Of a stretch of DNA of 64,000 nt, positions 1-10,500 are shown in pieces. The first letter of the stretch is position 1; every line of letters begins with the position of its first letter. Origin of the DNA: Macrostomum lignano (taxonomy: Eukaryota); assembly GCA_002269645.1 (NCBI GenBank), contig NIVC01003411.1:35333-99332 (forward strand). The letters are read 5' to 3'. Under the pieces are notes generated by a model. That model saw only the letters and a list, made by a program, of their open reading frames with translations. It did not search any database and had not been told where the DNA came from. A program made the translations under genes and the position numbers.

Positions 1-443
1 CCAAGCTGCTCGGCCAATCCGGACGCTTCGTCCAGGCTAACCGTCCGCTGGCCGGACATGTCCGCCTTCTGGCCAACTAGCAGCAGGCCCGGATCCGGAC
101 AAGTCATATTCAAACGGGCCTCCTTAAGCCAGGCTGACACGCTACTAAAACTATCCCGATTAGTGACGTCAAAGACAATGAGAGCGGCTACTGCATTGCG
201 ATAATAAGAGCGAGTGATGGACCGGAACTTCTCGTGGCCGGCCGTGTCCCACAGGGTCAGCTTGATCCGGCTGCCGTCCGGCAGTTGAACTAGGCGAGCA
301 AAGAAATCAACACCGACCGTGGCTTCGCAGGCCGTGTCGGCTGAGCCTTCGACAAAATAGCGAACTAGGGACGACTTGCCAACCATGGTGTCGCCAATGA
401 TGATCACCCTGAACTGGTAATCGAACAGCGGCCCGGGCAGCAT
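1..443 (-). CDS. RAB39: Rab39-like small GTPase, N-terminal 147 codons (runs off the window edge)
   Basis: Manual translation from ATG at 443: MLPGPLFDYQFRVIIIGDTMVGKSSLVRYFVEGSADTACEATVGVDFFARLVQLPDGSRIKLTLWDTAGHEKFRSITRSYYRNAVAALIVFDVTNRDSF...LLLVGQKAD. G1-G4 boxes are present; YQFR, TVGVDFFARLV and RSITRSYYRN match Rab39. Absent from the ORF track. Confidence 0.85.
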   Translation of the reverse strand, partial: MLPGPLFDYQFRVIIIGDTMVGKSSLVRYFVEGSADTACEATVGVDFFARLVQLPDGSRIKLTLWDTAGHEKFRSITRSYYRNAVAALIVFDVTNRDSFSSVSAWLKEARLNMTCPDPGLLLVGQKADMSGQRTVSLDEASGLAEQL

Positions 444-591
444 GACACTGTCCAGTGTGTCTCTCTCCCTTTCTTAACAGTCTTTTAATTCAATATACCA
501 ATTGATCGGCCTCTCAGAAACATTAGAACAACATATCGTTGGAAGTAGCGCTTCATAAAATGTATGCTTGCAGTTCTGTGATACTTCAGTA

Positions 592-776
592 CAGTAAGGA
601 CTGGTGGGTGGCTTAGCCCAGCTGACCGAACTGAACAGTAAGGACTGTTGAGTAGCTTAGCCCAGCTTACCGAACTGAACAGTAAGGACTGTTGAGTAGC
701 TTAGCCCAGCTTACCGAACTGAACAGTAAGGACTGTTGAGTAGCTTAGCCCAGCTTACCGAACTGAACAGTAAGGT
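592..776. repeat. 44-bp tandem repeat, about 4 copies
   Basis: Unit cagtaaggactgttgagtagcttagcccagcttaccgaactgaa, upstream of the Rab39-like start. Confidence 0.9.
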
Positions 777-2927
777 CTGGTAGGTAGGCTACCAGAGAAC
801 TATATGATATTAATAAAAGAGCGCCACAAAATAATGACTAACAATTGTAGGTCACTAGACGATAAATAATTGACAAGGTCACACACTAAAATAACACAAC
901 GAAGAAACACAAGCACTTGTTTATTTATTTCACGTGTAAAGGCAGTGTGAACTACGAGCTACATTAGTCAATTAATTAAAAGAAACGCACTTCACTCATT
1001 GTACACAAGAGCAGCGAAAAGTTGCATATTGGTTTAACAGTAAACCTACAAGAATGCCTTCTGAATGCCAAGAACACACGATAGTCTGTCTAAATAAAAT
1101 AGTATTCAAGCCGTCATCAGAAAGTGCAGTTGAGATAGCACACTATAAAACTAAGGACTGCCCAGCGAAATATAGCCATACAGTAAAAGAGCAACACATC
1201 TACTCACCGGATTATCACTCTAACCTTTCTATCTCAAACCATATCTTTGCAGCTCGCTATTAGCTTTCAGACACCCCCCCCCGAGGTTATCCCTACGCTA
1301 AGAAGCCGTTGCAGACTTCTTCAAGGTAGGAAAATCGACATTGGGAGAGACTACAGCACTTGCGGTCGCGGCGATTGCGATACTCGTAGTGGCGAAGGTG
1401 ACTGAGGAGGACGAATGTAACATGAAAGAGCTTGTAGTGCAGAAGACCGGTGATTTGGCACCGGTGGACTTTTGGCGGTCCCGTAAGTCAACACTAGCAT
1501 CGCCGGTTGCAGGCTTGACACGAAGCAGCAGGTGAAGACTGCCTTAGCTTAGAGGGAGGTCACGGACCTCATCCCAATGAAAACAGTACCTAGGCCAAGA
1601 AGGCAGAAGCGTCCCTAAAATATAAAATAAGCGACTCTAGACGACGACTCTCAAACGACGAGATGTCACGGTACAAGTCACCAAGTTCGTCAAAGTTGCC
1701 CAAGAGTTAATTTGAGGCGCGATAGAGTCGCTGCATGCCTGAATCACCGAATTGCGTCTAAAGTGCATCTTTAACTAACACGACTCTCGCGAAGTCGCGA
1801 AGACTTCCAACTCACGTTATGCGCTCGTGACGCAACAGAGTCGTTTCTCATGGTCACCTCTCCATCGAATTACAGTCGTTTGAGTCGTTTAAAAAGTCTC
1901 AAGAGTCGCTAGAGTCACCAGTGAGTTGTATGCAATATGACTCTAAAGATTATTGTCACGGTAACGTTTTCAACAGGCATGCTCACCTAATCTTTTGCTG
2001 AGGCCTCCAACAAGTAGATGACGAGGTGACAGAGATTCAGTGAGAGAACTGAAGACTATGTTGAGATGCAAGAGCGGTTTTGTCAAATTTCGTTGCTCTG
2101 TTTTAGAAATTTAGCATCAGCCCTAGGTTTCGCCGGACAACCCTCGTATACAGGAAAAAAATTCAAACTCAGAGTAGTAACAGGGGACCAGTAGCTTAAT
2201 CCGCTGGCAACTGAAATGGTTACCTGTACCTGGGAGAAAATTATGGTGGACACAGCGAAGTCGCAAATGCACGATGCATTGTTAGAGATTATCTAAAAAA
2301 AGAACACAGAAGAAAAAAACAGACAGACAGATTAACTGCTCAACAACAACATACACAGAATCATTTCCCGGTGCAAAAGAAGCAAGTTTAGTAGAATTTT
2401 ACAAATTTATGTTTATTACACACCTGAAAAGAGACACGGGGAAAGAGGTCAAATGAATGGAGAAGTTCAAAAGCACCAGCTGTAAATATTCGTCATAAAT
2501 TGTTATCGAATACCTCGCTAGTTCGCTATTTTGTCAAAGGCTCAGCCAAAAGCCTCACCTGCAAAGCCATGAGGTTAAAATTGGCTAAAATTTAGCATTG
2601 CATTGCGACTGCTGGGGGGGGGGTGAAGGGGAACTGCATGGTCCGAATCGAATGTAAGATTACCTATCATATTAGTCTTACATTGATCCATTTAAGTTTC
2701 AAAATTTATACGCTGATATTTTCACCAAAAGTTGTGACAAACCGACACAAAGATATAGGTAGTGAAACCAAACTTCTACACAGAGAAGCAATGGAAGCAC
2801 CGGTTCTTGTAAATATACGGAAAAAAACACTTGATGTATAGTTTTAAGAAAATAACATCGAGAGAAAGTCAGTATTACATATTCGTCGATCTAAATTGCA
2901 CCTGAAAAAAATAGCCAACATTTCCCA

Positions 2928-5738
2928 CTACCACAATTTGGGATATTCGTCCGGTAGCAAAGAATAATTCCGACAGGTGGGACACACTGAGCACTCCTGA
3001 AACCAGCGACGAATACAGGCGTCGTGAAACAGGTGATCACAGTCTAGCCGGCGCACCTGTTCCTTCTGCGGGTTCAAGCTGTCCAGACAGACAATGCAGG
3101 TGTCCTCTTCGGCGCTGCCAGAAACAGTTGCTGAAGTTCTGCTGGCATTGCTTCCGTTTAACTTGTAGGCAGCACCGCCATTGGACTGTTGCTGCTGTCT
3201 ATGCCGAAGGTGCTGCTGCTTAGCCTGATGCTTATCGATCAGAATATTAATTAATTGTTGCTCAATTTGAGCACCAGGCCTGACGGTCATGCTGGCTAAG
3301 GCCTGACTAACCTGATCAACTGTCACGTACGGCAGTATCTGAAATGAAGCAAATTTTTAAATCGTGCAAAAGTTTTTCAATGTCGAAGCTCTCCGACATG
3401 TACTCCATCATATCGTAGTAAGATGCTCAAATTTATTATGCCAAATTGAAAATCACCGAGGTTTGGACAGCTGGCATCAGTCAAAAAGTTCGAAATCAAA
3501 TAAAATATCTTTAATATCGCTGAGCCTCTCTGCAGCAGAAGCTGCAGAACTCTCCAGACTCCATGTTTACAGGGTGCTCAAATTTGACTATTGTTAGAGG
3601 TCTTGAATTCTAATAATTAAAAAATTATTGACATTTAAAAAACGTGGCTCAGCCCCAATTTTGAATTTTACTGGCTGTTCCTTGGGTACACATTGTTCCA
3701 CCACGCTATCAAAGCCTCAATATCATTCCTAGCAATTCTTAGAAACTACAAATTTCATAATGTAGAAAACAGCTTTGCCACGAATTTCGCTTGCTTGTGA
3801 TGCAATCCACTAGCATCACCAAGAATTTAACTTGGGCCTTTACCGCAGATACTAGAAAAACTAGATAAGATGGGCCACTCAGCACATTTGCGTGTAAGCT
3901 ACTTTCAGTTCAGTAGTAAGTTAAACAGAAGCATTTTAATGTATTTTAAAGCCCAGGCTCATTTATTGGCTCTTACATCCCCCTCCCCAAGCTTAAACCC
4001 TCTAACCGCGGCCTTTCCACGCTACCCCCGCCCCCCCCTAATTTTTATTGCCTTTCTCGGAGTTCCAGCCTAAAGTTGCCATGTACATTTCAGTGAACTG
4101 GCTAATGTACATTATGGCTGAACCAATTAGCAAGTTGTTTACGCCTAGAAGTTGGGCTTCTAAACTTATTAAAGTCAGCTGCCTTTATTTTTATAAAATA
4201 GCTTATGTATTCTTCTTTGCTACTGAACTGAAAGTAGAAAGCAATTTTACCAAGTATATATGCCTGAGTGGCATATCTATAGTTATTTTAGTATCTGTGG
4301 TCTTAACTCACGAAAATTTTATTAAGCTTCAGAGGAAATGCTATAGTGACTGTACAAGGTCAAAACCTAAATTTAGTTTATACAAAAAATTCTTTCTTTA
4401 TTTGTTGCCTCTACAAAGAGGGGGGAGGGCGCAGATTGCTAGCCTCGGTGCTAAATATTTTCCTACCTTTTGCACCACAGGCATGTACTTTAGTGCGCCT
4501 CTCTGCTGCTCGGTCAGATCTCCATGAGCGCTGGCAGTCGTGCCGGCTCGCGGACCAATTGGACCAGGCAGGCTGTTGCAAGGCAAGCTGACGTTAACTG
4601 ATCTCGGCCGAGCAGCCGGAGTCGCGGCCTGTGGCGGCTGCAATGAAGGCGGTGGCGGCGGCGGCATCTGCTGCTGCTGCTGCTGCTGTTTAGCAGTTTC
4701 CGCCTCGAGCTTCAGCGCTTTTAGGTCTGGCTTTCGCGGCGAGCGAGGCACCAATTTTTGGAATTGAGTCTTCACGTTGGCCGCCTTGAATTCTTCTTGC
4801 GTGTCAAGTTTGGACCTGGGCGCAAACAGAAAAAGAAGATTTGAAGCTATTTGATATTTCAGTGCACAATCAGAGCAACTGCTTTTAATTTGGCCGCATA
4901 AAAGTTAAAGCCATTCTTTATTCACCCATCCCATCCGGTCACTACGTTTTTCGCCTATGGGCACAAGTTGTGGCTGGATTAATAATGTACAAAGTGTTAA
5001 AAATGCTCAGATATTTAAGAAAAGTGTATGAGAATAAAAAAAGAAAAATAACAACAAAAAAGATAATATTGAGCAGGATCCTTCGTGCAGTAGTCGTATC
5101 TCCGACACTTCATATCTCCGACAAGCTTAACCCTAACTCCAAGCTTAAGCTTTAACTCTAACGGAGATATGAAGTTTCGGGGACATGAAACCCCTTTATT
5201 GGCATGGCTGTTACTTAATAGTGCCATCACCGACGGCATGACTGAGTCAGGTGACTCAGCGAAGTGGTCTTGCTTAATTGATATAGCTCGTACATAAAAA
5301 TAAGTATTTTCTAAGCGCGAAATAACTCAATACTTAGATTTCTGGGCCAAACACTTACCGGCAGTCGGTGCGCAGCTGTTTTAGCGCGATCCGGCTCTGA
5401 TCTAGTTCGGTGCAAAACTCAACCCAGATTTGCTCAGCCGCTGTTAGCGCAGCCGTATGAATAGCTCCAGCCGCCGCCTCATTTAACGATGCTATAACAG
5501 CTCTGGCGTCATTTTCGCGCTCCTTAACCATGCTCATAGCTAGCAGATAGTGCAGATCGACTACCTCGCTTTTAAATTCTTTAGAGGCTTCAGCAGACTC
5601 GGCGCAGGCCAACGAAAACGCGTCGCGTTGTTGTCGCAGAGCGTCATTCTCTCGACGCAATGTGGCAACTTGATCGCGCAAACTATCGGTCTCGTTCTTT
5701 AATAGGTTTATAGGGCATCGCGGCGAACAGGGCTGCAT
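2928..5738 (-). CDS. Coiled-coil / Pro-Gln-rich / C-terminal RING-H2 E3 ubiquitin ligase, 3 exons, 379 aa
   Basis: Exons 5738-5359, 4815-4467, 3338-2928. GT-AG junctions have matching phases (2, 0), total 1140 nt. RING-H2: CIVC...CDHLFHDAC...CPTC followed by LLPDEYPKL, which resembles the DZIP3/TTC3 tail. An in-frame TAA directly precedes the ATG. Confidence 0.85.
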
Positions 5739-7501
5739 TTATTTGGCTTTCGCTGGGAAGGCGGCTGAATTCGTGTTGAAGCGAAAAACAATGAGTTTAG
5801 CAATTAGCTTGATGTTGTTTGCGTGACCCTTTTTAAATAGAGACCTCTCAAACGATAAAATAATAAAATCAGTTCAGTGTACATCTATCTGAGTGAATAA
5901 AGAATGTACACTAGCTTCTTCGCCTAAAATGGTAATATGCGTACATCCAATCTAATCTAATCTTATCTAAAGTCAAACCCCTAGCCTGGTCATGCATTCC
6001 TACCCCTATCGTACACTGTACATGGCGGATAGACTTCTGTTTTATCAGTTAATTTAGTTTACGCCAGTCTAACCAGTCTGAGTGAGTGTTATAAACAAGA
6101 GCTGGTCGTAAAACCACCCACCCCATTCCGCCGCTCCTTTTACTAATTTTTACTAAATATCAAAAGTACAAGACCATGGGATGGACCCAAAGCTTTGATA
6201 AAAGCACAAGGAAGTGTTACCCTAGTGGGATCATTAAGGTTAGGTTCAAGTAAGCTTAGGCTTGTCAAGACGTTAATGATCAGAGCTCGAAGCTCAAAAT
6301 GGTTATAAAGTGCAAGGCTCAAGCTCAAGGGGAGAATGCTGAGATGCCAAAGGATCAAGGATTTAACTGCTTAACTTAAAATTGAATCAGCCAACTATTA
6401 ATTATCTGGATTAGTATAAGCCAATTTTATGACACTAACAACTTACTCAACATTTTAGCAGACAAAATATTCATAAATAACTATTCGAAAGCCAAACACA
6501 AAAGTCAAATTCACGACACTACAATTATTTCTCATTCTATTTAAAGAAAAACTCGTAGATAAGAAATGAGGATATATATATAACTTACAGGCTAATAATC
6601 CCACAGTTTAGTACATGAGAAGAAAAAGTACCCATACACAAAAAATTATCATATGCACACGCATTATGATATTCACACAAGTGAGCTGTTTGTTAGCTAT
6701 ATAAACTTTGCTTGCAAAGACTGACAATTAGTTAGTTATGTCCCAGGTAAGAAATTAATAAATATAGAATTACGGGTTACGAAGAGACTGCACCAGCAAT
6801 AAAAAAATTAGTAGATAAATAAATTGTACTTTGGCTTGGACTGTGTGACAAAACTGATCGCGCGCGAGGTTAAGAAAATTGGTTACTGTTGGTACTAAAT
6901 AATATTATAAGCAATACAAGCCACAGCTGTTTCCATCTATAGAGGTCATGGACTGACAACATTTCCTGGGACGCTTTTAGTAGAAGAAAAATCCAGAAAA
7001 AATTATCACAGTACATATATTAATAACAATAATAGTAATAATAATAGTAATAAATAAAAAAATGACGCGAAGATGACTTACAGTAGCGAAAAGAGCAACA
7101 AAAATGGGTGTCGAATGCAATGCAGTTATGGGCTGACAGACGATGCACGGAAGTATTTTGGGTACACAGAAGCAAAATGAAAGCAACAGTAACACAGTGT
7201 CTTTCGTACTGAAATAATTAAAATTAATATTCACGTATGCTACTACATGAGCACGAAAAAGTCATACAACATAAGTTATAGGATAGTTTTAATCCAATAT
7301 CTGATGAACTCTGACTAATAGCAGTAGTAGCCTTTGGACATTATATAAATAACTAAATTAATAGCACGAGACGGATGGTGTTGCTATTACAGGTAAGGAC
7401 TCTCTGGTTCACAATATTGCAAGCAAGAAGGGGCACAGCTACATCTCCCTTCTCGCACTCCATTGTTACTGCTTGCTTCTGCTATATTTATTGCCAAGTT
7501 A

Positions 7502-10500
7502 TTAACAGTTGCAGCCGCTGTTTGCCTGCTTGTCGCGGCCGTCCTGCAGACGAGTGCCTGCGAACAACAGAATAAAAGCACAAGAGTTGATTCTAAAACT
7601 ATGCACACTTGTTTGCATGTGGCTCATACATGCGCAACAGTCGGCCGAGTCGGCCGATCCGGCCGACCGATTTGGCGGCCAACCAAGGAAGTCGCAAAAA
7701 TGCCCACCCGAAAAAATAACCAAGTAGTAGTGCTAAGTAGCTGACGAGGCATTTTGGCTTAATAAGACAGTCATAGTTACTCCTGCCGTTTACCCAAAGT
7801 TGCGTTTATTTGCTTTAGGGTTTTTTTACATGTAAGTCGCATTTTTGGCCAAAAACTACGTCGCATTTTTGTTAAAACTAAGTCGCATGGCCGACCGAAT
7901 TTCGGAGGTTGCGCATGTATGATGTGGCTACTATGAGTACTAGATATATGCTGAATCTTAAGTTTGCAATTCACTAGCCCGATGATGCTAACTAAAACAA
8001 AAAACTGTTGGATTTATGCATCAATGTGCACTATATTAGCGTTAGCGCTTATTGGTGTTAGCTAAAAGTACAATTTATGTTGAATCGTGTCTCAAACTCA
8101 AAGTACACAAGCCTATTGATGATATCTAAAAGTGCAAGAGGATTAATTCCATCTAAAAGTACACTAGACTGATGGTGATAAGCTAAAAGTGCACGAGAGA
8201 ATTAAATTCATTTAAAAGTACACTAGACTGACGGTGATAAGCTAAAATGGCACGAGAGAATGAAATTCATTTAAAAGTACACTAGACTGACGGTGATAAG
8301 CTAAAAGTGCACGAGAGAATGAAATTCATTTAAAAGTACACTAGACTGACGGTGATAAGCTAAAATGGCACGAGAGGATGAAATTCATTTAAAAGTACAC
8401 TAGACTGATGGCGATAAGCTAAAAGTGCACGAGAGAATGAAATTCATATAAAAGTATATAAGCTTGCTGATTAATAGCTAAAAGTGCGCGAGAGAATGAA
8501 CTTCAATCTAAAAGTAAACTAGCCTGCTGATGATAGCTAAAAGTGCAGATGCTAAACGAAATCTTACTCACCGGCCCCGGCAGCCAAATTAGGATCGCAC
8601 TCCAGCGATTCGGCCATCTTGTCGCAGATGACGTCAACCAGTCGTTCGAATACGGCTTTGACGTTGATATTCTCTTTAGCGGAAGTCTCAAAGAACTCGA
8701 GGCCTGCAAATATTTCAGCAATGATAAAATATACTCATTTTTAATTGAAATGTCGGGATATTTTTACTAGATAGTTTATTAGAAAAACACTGCTGATTAA
8801 AAAATTTAAGAAATGTTATAATATTAATTCACACTAAATAGTTCCGACATTTTAGGCCATATTAGCAGTTACGAGGAGGATCTCAAATATAAGAATTTCA
8901 ACATTTACCAATCTCTTCAGCCAATCGTTGGCAGCTTAATTCGCTAATAACTCGATAGTCAGCTAGATCGCACTTGTTGCCAACCAGAACTATGGTGGCA
9001 TCGTGCCAAGCGTGGGCTCTGATCTGAGTACACCTTTAGAATAATAGTCAGTAATAAGTATCTTTTAACAACAGATAACATTCCAAGAGAAATAGAAAAA
9101 TACGCTTAGGGATATTAGAAAACAAATGCATTAAATTCACTAAGCAATATAGGAAATGCACAGCACTTACTCCTAACTCATTTCATGCATCAGTTGCATA
9201 GGAGTGACATTTAATTTTGCTCCTAGCATATAAATCGACAGAATAAGACTTATTTAACAATGGATTTCAGTGGAACAGAGTTCAAGCGTGGCAGCTCCGA
9301 GAGGGAGATCACAGTTGGGAGAATCCCGGAGGAGGAATCCCTAAAGAGGAATCTCTACAGGAGACTCCCTAAAAGGGGAATCCCGAAAGGGGAATTCTAA
9401 AAGGGAATCCCTAAAGTGGAATCCTTAAAGGGGAATCCCTAAAGGGGAATCCCTAAAGGGGAATCCCTAAAGGGGAATCCCTAAAGGGGAATCCCTAAAG
9501 GGGAATCCCTAAAGGGGAATCCCTAAAGGGGAATCCCTAAAGGGGAATCCCTAAAGGGGAATCCCTAAAGGGGAATCCCTAAAGGGGAATCCCTAAAGGG
9601 GAATCCCTAAAGGGGAATCCCTAAAGGGGAATCCCTAAAGGGGAATCCCTAAAGGGGAATCCCTAAAGGGGAATCCCTAAAGGGGAATCCCTAAAGGGGA
9701 ATCCCTAAAGGGGAATCCCTAAAGGGGAATCCCTAAAGGGGAATCCCTATAGGGGAATCCCTAAAGGGGAATCTCTAAAGGGGAATCCCTAAAGGGGAAT
9801 CCCTAAAGGGGAATCTCTAAAGGGGAATCCCTAAATGGGAATCCCTAAAGGGGAATCGCTAGAGGGACATTTTTAAATCAAAATCAGAAAGGGGGAATCC
9901 AAAGGGGAATCTATAAAGTGGAGTCCTAACTAAAAATCTCTAAGGATTTTCTCCACAGGAATTTCCATATATCCGGATAAGAGACCTTAGCAGGGGAATC
10001 GCAAATAAAGAACTTTTCAAATGTTTTTCTCGAATCGCCACCGTACAATATATAATAAGAAAACACAAATACGGTATATAAACACTTATCTTGTGTTCAA
10101 TGCCATTTTCCGCAAGAAATTGTATCTTTTACACAAAAGTAGAATAGAAGAAGCACAAAAGATTGAAAAACATTAATCACTAATAAAAAGATGGCAATGA
10201 AGCAAGTGAACTGCGGTACAATACCCAGATCATGTGCCAGCCTAGCACCGCGCTCAATGGAGACAATGCGACTATCCTCTAAATCGCACTTGTTACCAAT
10301 TAGAGCAATTTTGGCTGTGGACCAGGAGTGAGTCTGTATTGCCGTCACCCTGGGCATGGTAGCGATGCGTATGAGAGGCACCTTTGTTTTAAATAAAACA
10401 CATGTAATAGAAATAAAATCTAAAACGACGAATCCAGTTTTTTAGAAAAAAGGCAAAAAACCATCAAAGAAATAATCTGTTGAACAGCAGGAATACCAAT

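Noticed and set aside
1630-1920. Clustered cgactct/agagtcg inverted motifs suggesting a MITE
   Set aside because: No clear termini or TSD.
8543-8770. Plus-strand 75-aa ORF with a Walker-B-like LVADD
   Set aside because: Antisense shadow of Rab3 exon 4.
9171-9222. Possible fourth or poison Rab3 exon (tag|G AGC AAA ATT AAA TGT CAC TCC TAT...|gtaagtg; SKIKCHSY)
   Set aside because: Only 52 nt, has an in-frame stop and no GNKCD; the resemblance may be chance. Worth a glance in RNA-seq only.
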